Both the position numbers and the translations under genes were made by a program. Below, in pieces: positions 1 through 13,184 of a stretch of 60,000 nt of DNA. The DNA is from Squalus acanthias. Lineage: Eukaryota. How positions within the stretch are numbered: the stretch's first letter is position 1; every line of letters starts with the position of its first letter. Below the pieces are notes generated by a model, which had not been told where the DNA came from, ran no database searches, and saw only the letters and a program-made list of their open reading frames with translations. The stretch is from positions 20,276,001-20,336,000 of the forward strand of contig CM059437.1 of the NCBI GenBank assembly GCA_030390025.1, written 5' to 3'.

Positions 1-1352
1 AATACTCAGTCAGAAAGTAGTCCTCTCAGTTGGGCATATTAATCAATATTTTAATGTAAATGTAAAAACATTGTATAACTTTTATTATTTTCTCCGTTAT
101 TCTGGTCCCTCTGCATCATGTGATCAATTGCCAGGCCAATGTCCACATTACTTAGTGCCCAGCTACTGAGATGTGTGAGTGGTGCAGATAAATTTTTCCC
201 ATTTCATCCTTTTCTGTCAGAGAAGGTTGCTGGTTCAGTATTTCTTTGGGTCAATTTTCTGAAGTCAGGAACTCTGTGGATTTAAAGGAACTCCCGTCAT
301 ACTACAGTACTACCTTTCATAGAGGTGCATACATTACATCATTGAAGTCCGTCTTAGATACATTCAAGGCTTCAAAGGTTAGTACTTGCAGCTGAAAGCG
401 TTAGTTGCCAAATTATTTTGATGGAAGATATATGTCGATCTCTTTTGAATTTGTGCTGCCGACATAGAGCTTTGCACTGGGAGCAAGTATTGGGAATGTG
501 TGCATACAAGTCAGCAGGGCCCCCCCAGGATTTTCCATCCGTCACAAGCTCTGTGCTGTGAGAATGCATTTGTAAAATCCGCCCTATCATCTTTATACTC
601 CGGAAACTCAATGCTGCACTAATGTGCTGAGTGAGGATACAAAGAATGTAAATGTGACGAGCCTGATGATCTGTCCTGTTTGAGTCCAGAAGAATCTCTA
701 TATTCTGTATTTTATAGGAATGTGGAGCTATCCCAGTATTGTAACATTTGTGGATTCCTTTTGTCTCTGGACTGCCACTGCAGTGAAACAGATTTGTCTA
801 ATTGTAGGAGACCCTCTTATCTTTCATCTATGCCAGCCTGGATAGCAAAGGGGGAGAGAGATAAACAGGCTGGTACCCATGCCCTGCTGTTTACCTACTT
901 TGCTGTGCCACTACTTGACTGAAGGCAAATGAAGAGCTCCACAGATTCATATCTCATGTAAAGCATAGTCTAAAGTTACTGGAGAACTGGCGAAGACTTG
1001 AGTTTTTATTGTTTTGGAAGCAAAGCTGTCACGTTAAGTAAAGTATTGTAATCTGCTTCTGTTTAATCTTGTTTCTTAATAAACGTGAATTAAAGTTGCT
1101 AATAGTTTATCAATGTTGTGTTTTCTGTTAGTTGGAGAGATTGGGAGTGTACTGTGGAATTCCATACTCTTTCCAGTGCATACTCTAAGATTCATTGTTC
1201 ACCTGGATGACGGCTATCTTAGATACGTTGCAGACAGGTCAAGTTTTGGGTCACAGTATGTGTGTGCTTGCCTACAGAAACTGATGAAACAAAGGAAATG
1301 TGTTGTATTGTGTAGTTACTGATGTTTGGTGGGTTGCAGGATGAATGTTGAC

Positions 1353-1580
1353 TAGGACACCAGACAAAATCTCCCTGCTCTTCTTCAAATAGAACCATGG
1401 GATCTTTAAAACCACCTGAACCCTAGGACAGGCGGACAGGACCGTAGTTTTATGTCTTATCCTAAGCTTGGCACCTCTGACAATGTGGCACTCTCTTGAA
1501 CTACACTGGTGTGTCAGCCTAGATTGTGTGCTGGAGACCTGGAATGGGGCTTGAGCCCACGACCTTCTGACTTGGAGTTA
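1353..1580 (-). mobile_element. Old tRNA-derived SINE fragment, DeuSINE/SacSINE1-like
   Basis: Minus strand reads agtcagaaggtcgtgggctcaagccccattccagg (B-box-like) then tctaggctgacacaccagtgtag...gagtgccacattgtcagaggtgcc, which resembles the Deu-SINE central domain. Family recognised from memory, not by search. Confidence 0.6.
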
Positions 1581-1879
1581 TGCTAAGTCAAATTGACACC
1601 ATGAAAGTAAAAGAAGGGGAAATAGTGCATTAAGAAAAAGAACCATTCCAGCACCATTAGTAAGTGAAAGGCTATACCAGAATGTTAGATTAACTGAATT
1701 ATTAGTCCTACAGATATCTATTCCCAACTCTACAACTTTATCAACCTTCTTCACTTCTGAAGTGCTTTCCTTGTCCGCCTCCCATCCTCCAACCCACATA
1801 AAGTCCAACTTTGACCACTCCAATTTCTCATTCACTCCTTTATTCACCAATCTCCATTGGCTTTCCCATCCCCCACTAC

Positions 1880-2270
1880 ATTGTCCTCTTTTTTAGAAAT
1901 CCCTCCATAGCCTTGCCCCATCTTAACACTGCACTCTCCACCAGAACCTACATCCCAGTGTGCAGGCTTTTGAATCCGGCCTCATTGGCATCCTCTCTTT
2001 TGCCATTTCAACATCAGTGGCAGAGCCTTTAGCCATCCTGGTCTAACACTCTGGAACACTCGCTCTAAACCCCTCTTCTTTGCGGCCTATCTCTCGTCTT
2101 CAAAAGCCTTCTCAAACCTAGTTCTTTGACCATGCATTCAGTCACCTCCCCTGATTCTTCTCCTGCAGCTACTAATACTTCGTATCCCTTTCCACCCACC
2201 ACCCCCTTCCCACCAACCTGGGACGCTTAATGTGTTAAAGGTACTCTAATAAATGCAAGTTGTTTGTTGA
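1880..2270 (+). mobile_element. Decayed L2 LINE 3' fragment
   Basis: Degenerate match to the L2 3' end at 21850-22250 (ctctggaa..ctaaacc..ctttgacc; tail ttaaaggtactctaataaatgcaagttgt). Confidence 0.6.
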
Positions 2271-2799
2271 AATTGTTTGGCCTGCACTCGGCAATTGCAC
2301 ATTTGATGAGCTTAACTCTGTTTTTTAAGGCAACTCCTTTCCTTCAATAGTGGATGCCAGTATTTATAGTCTTTTCCCTTACTGCATTAGAAGTGAGAGA
2401 TTTGCCATGTTCAATAATGGAAGGCCAGACCCTCTTACTTGTATATGCTTCTTTTTTTAAAGCCTCCTAACCCCGGACTGACAATAAATACAAAAATATT
2501 TAATTCAATTTAGTTAGTTTCTGAACTGGCTGCTATTGCTATCTCATGGCTGGTTTTGAACTCTCTGGAGCAGGTATTAGTTAGAAATGTAAAGAAATCC
2601 AAGTTCTTTTCTCTTTCTAATGAGGGACACACCACACTAACCACAGCAACGAGTTGATTGATGCTATTCATAAAACATTCAGCAGCAGATTTTCTGGATA
2701 ATAATTACACACGATTTGCTGTATAAATTTTATCACGCTGCGGTCCTTTTGAAATCCTTGACCTTCCGATTAATGTTGCGTGGGTCAGTTGGAATATCT

Positions 2800-3644
2800 A
2801 AGCCCTAAGAGGGTGTTAATGGGGCGCAAAACAACTAGCGCCCGGGCGCGGCGATGTTTGCGCCGCTCGCAAAATTGACCAGATATTTTGCGGCGGCGCT
2901 AAGCACTACTGCCACGATCTCCTGCGCCCGCAGATCGTGATGTCAGTCGAGCGTGTAGCGCCCCGGACCGGATATTGAGTGGCGCCCCCTGCCTTACCGC
3001 CTGTCGCTAACAACGACAGGTTGAGGGGAGCGTTTTGCAGTCAGGAAGGGACTGGAGGAGTGCTATTTAAAGGCGACCACTTCCTGCCTTTTTTTGTCGG
3101 CGGCATTTTTGCACCACACATTCTGAGAGAGAGAGAGAGACTTCCGGAGAGATTCAACGCTGTGTGAAGGAGTTTTGGGTACTGAGCAGCACTCTGCAGG
3201 TTCATTTTGATTTGACCTTCCTTGAATCGATTTAGAAGAGACTATGGGGGCTGCACTCTGAGCTCTTTCCCTGGGCCTCTCCATCGTTCTCTCCAGCAGA
3301 TTTGATGTACAGATCTCTCCAGGCCAAGATTCAAGGCTGCAATGAGCAGGGTGTGGATGGAAAGCAAGATCGACCCTCCCCTTTAAGAACTGGCCGGCGC
3401 CAGTGTGCCTGTGTTCCATTGCTGACTGACATCGCATGAGCATCGCCAGCGCTCTGAGGTAGCGCCTCGCTCCTCAGCGTTAGCGCCTTAGAGAGGTGTG
3501 TAGCGCCTGATTTTGCGCTCCAATCACCCCCAGGGGCGAAAGAAGCCAAGTTTGCAGTCGGAGGCAATAATTAGCGCCAGGCGCTAAACTTTGCGCCCGG
3601 CCGATAATTGCGCCCCAAACGGGGCGATACTGAATTTCTCCCCC
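2800..3644. mobile_element. Non-autonomous Harbinger-type element (MITE family M1), left terminus missing
   Basis: Ends in tgaatttctcccc. CpG-rich, with repeated tagcgcc motifs. Reverse-complement homologue at 47149-48017. Confidence 0.8.
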
Positions 3645-4644
3645 ATTATGGCCTTGCTGTGCTTCATTGACTATTTCATTAAAGCCTTAACAAATGACAC
3701 ATAAAGATGGCCATTGTGATCTGATCTGTAAAATGAAATGCACTGTAAACAGGGTGGCCTGTTGGAACTCTAATGTATTGTGCCAGTAGGGTTTCTTACC
3801 CGTGATATCTGAACAAATTCCTAATCACAGCACTGTCATCTGAGGGAGGTGCCAAATGGGGGTCAGCCACCTCTTGGAGGGCAAGTTGGAGGATTAGTCA
3901 ATGTTCAAATATTCTATATTCAAAGTGTATGGTTGTTGTATAATCGATTAACACGTCCAGCTTTCAAATTGATGTATTTAAAGCCTTATCTAAAAATGAT
4001 TTGTATTTCATAAATGTAGTAAATCTTGACAACAAAATCAATAAAATGTTCAATTAATATTCAAAAATAAGGTTTAAAAATAGCATGGTTGGAGATCTAG
4101 ATTCAACTCTGCTCAGACTGATGGGGTGCAAAGCTCTTCTGTAAGTGAGGTTGGCCACACCACAAAACTATCCACAATTCAGCAACGAATTGTCACCTTC
4201 ACTCAGAAGGGCCATAGTTGACTAGGGTAAGTGCCACACTGGGAAAAGGCAGTCTTTTCACGTTGGAACTTCATCATTTGGCAAATACCCATCTTAGTCC
4301 ATTACTTAATATTGAACTGAGGTTCCTGATTGTGATTTCATAGCATTGAGCCAACTTTCAGGTACTTAGTTTAATGAAACTCGTCAGAGCACACTGTAAT
4401 ATTTTCCTTCACATCCCTTCATTCACCTACTCTTTTCCTAGTTTGATTGTATCACCCTTGAATTCATGTTCTCCTACCTCCCTTCACTCAACACTTCACT
4501 AAGGATTTCCACAGCTTTTTAAGAAATGACTTGATCAAAACACTTACCCACATTGGCAAACTTGAGCCCAGGCAGTTATTTCAGTTCACCGAGAGCTTGG
4601 TTCCAGGTTGTTGACATACAATATAACGACAATGTAACACCATT

Positions 4645-4675
<31 letters not shown>

Positions 4676-4690
4676 ATATATATATCTATA

Positions 4691-4749
<59 letters not shown>
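4645..4749. repeat. Compound microsatellite (CT)n(AT)n
   Basis: Seen directly. Confidence 0.98.
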
Positions 4750-4752
<3 letters not shown>

Positions 4753-4915
4753 TGAATTGGCACAGTTTGACTATACCCTGTGATTCAGATTCCTATCGCA
4801 AGCAATCGATGCACAGTGGGACTAACAAAGTACAATCAAAACTGTATAAAAAGTCCTAACTCCATCCGTCTTATGATCTTTTGCTATATATTTCAAAATG
4901 TAGTTGTGAGCTAAT

Positions 4916-5659
4916 GGCCCAAAAATTAGTGCCGCTACGCGAGAGTACGCACTGTGTACTCTCGCGTATTCTGTCTCCAATTGCCGGTTTTCTGCATGCA
5001 CTGCGCATGCGCTGAAAACCGGCACTTGGTGATTTCAAAAGGGGGCGGTTCCTAGGTGAACCGCGTGCGCGCTACAGGCTGCGCGCACGCAGTGCACTTA
5101 GTGCTTTGAACGCGCAGGTAAGCATGGAAGATTTTGCACATAAAGAAAGGAGGCGTAAGACCCTCTTTTAACAAAGTAAGTAGTTAATTAAGTATTATTT
5201 TGAATTTTTTTCAACAGGTATATCTTTTTTAGAGACTTTAAAGAAAGGTAAGTTTATTTTTATAACTTTTTAAAAGATTTTAAATTTTTTCAAAAATTTA
5301 ATTTTTTGTTTAAAGTGGTTAATTTATTTAACTATACTTATTTTATTAATGTGATGGTTTTTTTTAAAAATTTAATTGAGGTTTAGCTGTTCTTTTGAGG
5401 GGGTATAGATTCATAGCTTTCACAGCACTTGCTGTGAAAACTATGAATGAAAGATGGTGTGCTGCCATTGGCTCTAACTGAATCACGTGATCCCACAGCT
5501 CGCACGAATTAACTGCGCCTGTGGGATACGGAAGCACTGCACAGCTGCAGTCTAGAAAATCAAGTTCGTGCGAGCTCGGAATGAAAAGGCAGGCGCGCAG
5601 TGAGATATCGCGGGGAAGCCTTACCCCCGCACGAAGGCTCCGTCATTAATTTCTGGGCC
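4916..5659. mobile_element. MITE with TIRs and 3-bp TSD (PIF/Harbinger-type)
   Basis: ggcccaaaaatta ... taatttctgggcc, with AAT on both sides. GC-rich subtermini and an AT-rich core. Confidence 0.8.
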
Positions 5660-5799
5660 AATGTCTCGATTATTTTAGTGCTAGGTTTCTGTCACCGAAA
5701 TTTTAGTTGCCCCTCTTTCCTAAACTTTTCTGTTGTGTACACATTACAAAGATTGGTGAAAGATTTTTTTTTTTAATTGTGGCATAATACATAATGTAA

Positions 5800-5815
5800 T
5801 CACCAGGGGGTGCTA
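5800..5815 (+). promoter_or_regulatory. CTCF-like motif
   Basis: tcaccagggggtgcta versus consensus CCACCAGGGGGCGCTA, in apparently unique AT-rich DNA. Motif match only. Confidence 0.35.
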
Positions 5816-5945
5816 TTGAGTGATAATATTTTTAATTTTCCTTTAAACATGACATGGTTGCATGTCATTTTCTCGGTGGAATGCTAATATTAATTGGAAG
5901 TAAGTGTGCATAATGTGTTTGTCACAGATGGAATGTTTAGCTACT

Positions 5946-5989
5946 TGTAGCCTGGAAATATTTGATGTGTAGCCTGGAAATATTTGATG
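5946..5989. repeat. Perfect 22-bp tandem duplication
   Basis: tgtagcctggaaatatttgatg x2. Confidence 0.95.
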
Positions 5990-7009
5990 ATGTTGTGATA
6001 CATGAAATACATGCTAATTGTACCATCTGTATTTTTTTCCACTATTATGGTGATCGTGAACGCAATAAATAAGGGACTCCCAGTAAATCAACACAATCAG
6101 ACATATCGAATATCTGACTAGATCCTGCCTAGTTATTATGTTTTCAGTATTTTAGTACAAGTTAGGGAACTTCTGTCATCTTTTTAAAATGTTCGCCCTC
6201 CCAATTATTTTTCTCCTTCCCTAAAGGTAGTGACTGCTGCTGGGGTTTGATTCCATGAGTGTCAGAAGCCGCAAGTACCTGCCCAGTTCTAAAATAGGAG
6301 TTTCGGCAGGCTACTCAGTTATGCATGTCGACCTAGAAAAATGAGTAAAAGCTTCAATAAACGGAGACTGTGTCAAAATTCCGACAATTTGCAACGGGGT
6401 CTAAATAGAACCCTGTGACATGAAAATAAGCAATTGCATTGAAAGTGCAGCGGGACATGGTCTTATAGGTAATTAGGAGGGCGAACATTTTAAAAAGATG
6501 ACAGAAGTTCCCTAACTTGCAGGTACACCCAACTGCTCTTCCTTCACATATAGGGGAGAAAAACAAACTTAAATACATTAAGGCCTGAAGGCAGTACAAA
6601 TATTGAAGGTACAGGATTTATTTTCAAGGGCATGTCACCTCAAATGTTTTGTTTTTTAATGCTTCATTTGGTATAATTTCAAATGGTATTGAAAGTATTC
6701 ACTTTGGGAACAATTTTGGCTGGAATTTTCTGTACCTGGGCGGGTCGGGTGCGGGCAGTCGCCGTGTCGGGTCGTGACCCCGTTCCTGATTCCATTCCGC
6801 TCCTGAGATTGACTTGCTGTTAATGGCACCTATTAAGGCAGCCCTGCGTGTTACCCGGCCCTATTAAAGGGTGCGGGTCTGATGACATCATCGATGACGT
6901 ATCTTCAGGTGGGATATTTAAAGCAGCCGTGGTCACATTGCATTTTAAGGTTCCTCTAGGATAGTGCAGGCACTCCGCTGCACCATTGCAGTGTGACGAA
7001 GAGTTTTGA

Positions 7010-8910
7010 ACAACTGCACAGAGGCAGAGGGCTGCACCCAGGTTCTCAGATGACTCCCTCCATATGCTTGTGGAGGGAGTGAGAGCACGCAGGGAGGTCC
7101 TCTTCCCTTCAGATGGGCACAAGAGACCTCCCCGGTGGACCAAAGGAGCCTGGCTCCAAATAGCAGAGGAGGTCAACAGCAGGGATGTGGTCAGGACGAC
7201 CTGGGTGCAGTGGTGCAAACGTTTCAATGATCTCATTAGATCAGGAAAGGTGAGTGCAAAACCACACTCAACTTCATCCTGCTGTGCCTGTCATCGCATC
7301 CCCATCACTCTGCCTTCCCAAGCCTGCTCCTACACATCATTACTCACACCAACATACCTTGCACGTCCACCCATCCCTCTTGCTCTATCTACATTTTCAC
7401 ATCCCCATCTTACTAGCCACCCATCACACTCAGCCTCATCCTAATGCAATCATACCAATGAACAACACACAAGGAGGCCACTTGGCATTGCCACCCCACT
7501 CCCTCATAGTCATCCACTACAGATGTTACCCATCCATTCCTTACACTCATCCCATCACTCTCACTCAAACTTCTCTTCTTTCCCTCCTTGCAGGAAAAGA
7601 AACCCCACAATAAGAGGGAGAGGGAGAGAACCGGAGGTGGCCCTTCATCACTGGCCACCTTAACAGCAGCAGAGGAGGTCACCCTGGAAGTGTCTGAAGT
7701 CACAGAGCAGCTGGAGGTAGAAGATGGAGAGAGGGGGACATCTCAGCAACCTGGTGACAGAATTACATCTCATACAACCACATGGCATACAGCAGTCACT
7801 CATACAGGAACTGATGTCAGCAGCCAGTGAATGTTCATCATGTACATAATGGTATCGTTACCCATTCTTGATATGACATTTCTAAATCATGTCTTTACTC
7901 TCCCACAGGTCCATCAAGCACCCCCCCTCCCCACTGTCCAGGGGGAAGAGGAAGATGACTCCTCAGAGGAGCCTCCAGCCTCTGAGGGCGCACCATCACC
8001 AGAGATAAGCAGACCCAGCACCAGCGCCGATACGCACACCTCGGTGGGTCCCACGTGAACTAGAGTAGTGCCATCACCTGGCGTCTCACAACTCACAGGT
8101 GAGCAAGAGCAGATGATGGAGACAGGGACAGCAGTGGAGACTCTCGCCGGAGGGCACAGGATGCTCCCAGCTCTGCTCAGCTGCATGCAGACGCTGAGCC
8201 TCAGGGGCCATCCAGAAAGAGGGCGATCCTGGAGGTGCAGCAAGAAGTGCAGGATGCTCTGACAGGTTTTGCGACCACAATGTCTGCAAATGTGCAGAGA
8301 ATGGAGGATCCATCTCCAACATGAGCACCACCATGTCTCAGGCGATGGCGACTGTAGGCTCTTCCATGGATAGGACGGCCACCTGCATGGAACAGCTAAT
8401 GCGCCACTCACAGGAGCACATGCTATCTATGGAGAATGGATGGCTATAAATGGAGAATAGATGGCAGACCTCCATCTATAGACCTCCTCTCTTGGAGGGA
8501 TGTCAACATAGACGTGGGTCCTCATGGCCCCACTGCTGTGCAGCAAGGTGCTCTCCAGCTCCTTGCTAGCAGGGAAGTGTGGGTGGCCCATGAGAGGGAT
8601 GATGGTGAGAGTGGACATGCAAGTAGGGGCTCCTCTCAAAGCGCTCACACTTCTACCCCATTGCCCCTCCCTCAATCAGAGCCCCAGATGGCTCCTCGGA
8701 TCGCAATGGCTGAGCCTGCCCCTGCACAGTCGCAGGAGGAGCGGACTTTGACAGGACCATCACCGGCTCCAAAACCCAGAGGACGTCTGCCAAAAGTGTC
8801 GATGTAGTCACAGCAGGGAAGTGAGCAGCCTGCCTCTACCTCTGCTGAAGCCACTGGGATAGCACCTCATAGAATCACGTGTAAGAGAATGATGAAGCAC
8901 AAGTAGATGC
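7010..8910 (+). pseudogene. Harbinger Myb/SANT-like (trihelix) DNA-binding gene, three exons, disrupted; ends approximate
   Basis: RAAPRFSDDSLHMLVEGVRARREVLF...AWLQIAEEVNSRDVVRTTWVQWCKRFNDL. Donor aag|gtgagt at 7249/7250 and acceptor ccttgcag| at 7593. Exon 2 (7594-7753) reads EKKPHNKRERERTGGG. Acceptor cccacag| at 7908. Exon 3 is acidic/Ser-Pro-rich with stops and frameshifts. Confidence 0.85.
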
Positions 8911-9195
8911 ACAAAGGGTAGCCACTTGGGTGTTTTAATAAATGTTTCTGTAAAGTTTCCGTTACTGTGATGTCACGCCTAAAACTATTTCTTTTCACCA
9001 CTGGACAAATTAGCGTGCAACTTTGGAAGTGGCTTAGTGAGTTGGAGTGAATGGTCAGACATAACGTTACCTCCAGCAATGGTGGTCAGTGTGAAAGGAA
9101 TGGCATCGTCATTGTAGGGATGCTTTATGGTGTTGCTGTGGGGTGGTGCCAGCCTGGCACAGCATGTCGCAGCCAAATGGGTGTACTGCCTGAAG

Positions 9196-10336
9196 TTAAG
9201 TAAATCTGGCCATGTTGAGGCCATCCCTGGCCTCCCGGGCAGCTATGTGCTCGGGTGCTGGTGGGATCTGGACTGCAGGTTCCTTCTGCTGCTCCTCCTC
9301 CTTTGAAGAGGCTGTGCACTCAGAGCCTTGCTCCTCATGCAGCGCAGTGCGCAGCAGACCACGATGATTCTGGTGCGTACTGAAGGGCTCCTCCAGATCT
9401 GTCAAGGCATCTGAAGTGCATCTTCAGCATGCATATTGTCTGCTCTATGACACATCTGGTGGATGTATGGCTTTCATTATATCTCTCCACGGCCTCAGTA
9501 CTTGGTCTCCTCAGGGGTGTCATGAGCCACGTCTTCAGTGGATAGCCCATTTCTCCAAGCAGCCAGCTGGAAAGTCTGTTTGGAGGAGCGAAGAGCTGAG
9601 GGAGGGAGCACTGGCGCACGATGAAAGAGTCATGACAGCTGCCAGGGAATTTGGCACACACATGCATAATGACCTTACTATAGGTGCAGATGAGCTGCAC
9701 ATTGAGGGAGTGGAAGCTCTTACAGTTGACAAAGACACCTGGGTGATGATGGAGTGCCCTGATGGCCACATGTGTGCAGTCGATGAGGCCCTGCACCCGT
9801 AGGAAACCAGCTAGAGTGGCAAAGCCGAATGCCCACTCAGAAAACTGGCTTCATCAGTGGCAACGTTGATATAATTGGCTGACTTGTCAAAGACGACATT
9901 GGTGATGCATCTGTGGCCGGCCGACTGTGAGATGCCGCAAATGTCTGCTGCAGATCCCTGGAAGGAGCCTGAGGCGAAGAAGTTGAGGGTCGCTGTTGAC
10001 TTTGACAGCCACTGGTAAGGCGTGTTCACCCACTCCTCTGGGCTGCAGGTCTTGCTGTAGCAATCTGCAAATGTCTGCGACGACCTGGCGTGATAGGCTG
10101 AGCCTCCTTTGGCACTGCTGCTCCGTCATGTTGAGGAAGCTCATCATCTGCCTGTATACCCTGTGTTGGGTGTATCGACTCTGGCACGGTACAGCCCTGC
10201 GCTGATGACTTCTGTCTTGTGCAGCAACAGGTGGTTGAGGAGAAGGTTGGTGGTGGTGTTGCTGGTGCTGCTGGTGTTGGGGCTCATCGGGGACCGATTC
10301 TGAGGACCAAGGTGAGAGAGTATAACTGGCACCCAT
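9196..10336 (-). pseudogene. Harbinger (HARBI1-like, DDE_Tnp_4) transposase, frameshifted
   Basis: Motifs [10 protein letters not shown]...[44 protein letters not shown] (the D of GDxGY reads E), [17 protein letters not shown], split across frames. Confidence 0.92.
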
Positions 10337-11094
10337 TCTGGTGTAATAGATGGCAGGTCAAGTAGAGATGACAGAAGCAATCTGTCAATGGTGTGCTAGT
10401 TTCTACCAATGAGGTGACAGTGGATCCTGACTTTGCTGGAAACACTTGCAACCTCTAGTAAGCTACATCTCTGCTGACAATGCAGTCAGCAACAGCATCT
10501 GCTTTAGGAAAGTGACCAGCTGTCAGGTGGGAATTTTTATTGTACTTTTCATGCTGTGCACTAATGAGGTGCATCAATGGCCACTCAATTTTTGCCTCAA
10601 GTTTACAGACGTGGTACCCGAGCTGTGTGATTCCCGTGCTCATCCAGAGAAATTTGAAAGTAGGATTAAAAAGATGCTTAAGGGTCTGACAAGTACCTCA
10701 TAATGATCTCAATTACCTTGGCCGGTTCTGCTGTTCGGGTCGCTCCCTCGCTGGCAAACGTGCCCGAGGGAAAGGCGCGTGGGGGCGGGATGACGGAGGT
10801 TTCCCGACCCGCTCCAAGGTTTCTCAAATTTCCCTCCCGACCCGCCTCCAATCGCGCCCGCATGGACCCCAGAAAATTCCTGCCTTTATGTTTAAAATTC
10901 CCTTCTCCCAGCAGCAACAGATAATCAATTACCCAGAGGAAAAAGACTGTTAATTCATTAACAATCATTGTCAGGTAGAGGACTTGAACCGTGTCTGATT
11001 CACTGTGGGTCATTGCAGTCAAAGCTGCAGGCAGTATATTTAGAATTCTGCATATTCAGTCCAAATGCTACACCCCAGGCTATTCTTCCCATGT

Positions 11095-11738
11095 TCTACT
11101 TCATTAAAAGGAGTGACGCAGTTTAACAAGGCCATAAGAAATGCAAACAAAGCATTGGGCTTCATTTCTAGAGGGATAGAATTGAAAAGCAGAGAAGTTA
11201 TGTTAAATTTGTATAGAACCTTGGTTAGACCACACTTAAGAGTACTGTGTACTGTTCTGGCCGCCATATTACAAAAAGAATATAGAGACACTGGAGACGG
11301 TACAAAAAAGATTTATAAGGATGATACCAGAACCGAGTGGTTATAACTATCATGAATGGCAGGCTGGTGCTCTTTAGAAAAACGATGGCTGAAGGGTGAC
11401 CTAATAGAGGTCTTTAAAATTATGAATGAGTTTGATAGGGCAGACATAGAGAAGATGTTTCCACTTGTGGGTGAGTCCAAAAACTAGGGGCCATAAGTAT
11501 AAGATAGTCACTAATAAATCCAATAAGGAATTCAGGGGAAAGACCTTTACCCAGGGAATGGTTAGAATGTGGAACTTGCTACTGCATGGAGTAGTTGAGG
11601 CGAGTAGCATAGATGCCTTTAAGGGGAAGCTAAATAGGTACATGAGGGAGAAAGGACTAGAGGGTTATGTTGATGGGGTGGGAGGAGATCAGTCGGGCCG
11701 AATGGCCTGTTTCTATGCTGTAAATTCTATGTAATGCT
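11095..11738 (+). mobile_element. CR1 LINE 3' fragment
   Basis: KANKALGFISRGIELKSREVMLNLYRTLVRPHL and TRGHKYKI...FTQGMVRMWN are CR1 ORF2 C-terminal motifs. Confidence 0.88.
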
Positions 11739-12940
11739 ACATGGAACATGCTCTTCTACAGAACTGTGAAATTTACATTAAAAGTAGGGAATTCTGATTA
11801 ACTTTTGTACCCTACAAAATTGTTAAGATGTTTAATCTTAAAAGAAAAACAAAATGATACTTGACTTTTTAACAGACCATCACTTCCTCAAAAGCTACCT
11901 CCACAGTTATTGTCCAAACCTTCTCCCCCTCCCCCCACCATCACCCCACTCTTAAAGGGACCCTCTGAACTCAGTTCAGCAATGTTGTGCCCTTTCAATC
12001 GCCCATTCAGCTCACTGAGCTTGTCCTCCACACCTCCCAATTCATACCTCTACCCTCTATCCCCATGGCGCTCTTCTCCCTTGTCCGCCACTCAATTCAA
12101 TCTTGCACTTTTACCCTCCCCCTAGTTCAAACTGATACTCTTCTTCACACCCCACTATTCTCCCTCTCTCTCCATTTAATTTAACATTGTACTCTTCTCC
12201 CTTCCCCTCAGTTAGTTGGCACTCTCCTTTCCCCTCCCACCTCCGTTCATGTTGGCACTGTTTATGCAAACTCAGCTAATGCTGGTACTTTTCTTCCTTC
12301 CACATCCCAAAGTACTGTTCCTGGCTTCCCTCTCCTTTCCTACCCCACCCCCAACCCCCTCCCAGAGAATCACGTCTGGTTTCTCTTCCTCCGCCCGCCC
12401 CGCCTTCACCCCGCTTTAAAAATGCTGTTCCCAGCACCCACCCAACTCCTTCCCCTGATCAACACTCTGGATCTCCTGCCCAAGTCCTGTTGCTGCTCCT
12501 GTTAGTGATTTCAGCTGCTGCATACTGGAGCAGGAAGTCCTCATCCCACCAGGATGCTCACTGTGTAGCAGCCGTAACAGGAATTGGGTAGGGGGGGTGA
12601 CACTGAGTGGGGGAGGGGCCATTTTGATTTTAATTTGCTAACTCAGGCACCCAAAGCGCTGACTGGTCATATCATAATGCAGCTGGTTGGCATTGGTGTC
12701 CAGTTGGCGGCGGGGGGTGGGGGGGGGGGAGGAGGCGTTGGAGGATCACAGCTGACCCCAATTCTGTCCAAATGTACATTATCCAGCAAATGTCACTGGA
12801 CAGCAGGAACCATGGCTGATCTCTTGCCTCAGCCACTTGCTGGTCCAAACTCAGTGGTGCTGAGGCCAACTGAAGTGCCCTGACTGCCACGCCAGCTGAG
12901 ATTAGCTAACTTGACCTGGAGCTAGGACCAAAGCACAATA

Positions 12941-13184
12941 CAGTAAACTCTTTCGTATCCGGCACCTACGGGACCAGGATGGTGCCGGTTGATGAAAAAT
13001 TCTGGATAACAGAGAGGTAGGCAATTTTTAACACAGAAAAAAATAAAAACCACTGACTAACTGCGGGAAACTCGGACTCGGAAAAACGAGTGCTGGATGG
13101 ATTCGGCAAGATTACCGGTTATCTATTTTGCTGGTTATTAAAGAATTCCGGATGATTAAGTGCCGTTTAAACAAGAGTTTACTG
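12941..13184. mobile_element. Tc1/mariner-pogo (Tigger-like) MITE
   Basis: TA|cagtaaactct ... agagtttactg|TA, with internal ccggat-like repeats. Confidence 0.85.

Larger units (their letters stand above)
6718..10884. mobile_element. Harbinger DNA transposon, two-gene layout, decayed
   Basis: TIRs ggctggaattttctg / cagaaaattcctgcc (14/15), flanked by TTT on both sides. Contains convergent Myb/SANT-like and DDE transposase genes. Confidence 0.92.

Noticed and set aside
372..1322. Short ORFs as host exons
   Set aside because: No recognisable protein similarity or convincing splice-bounded frame.
9196..10336. Domesticated host HARBI1 gene
   Set aside because: Frameshifted, enclosed by TIRs, and with multiple derivative copies nearby, so it is a transposon.
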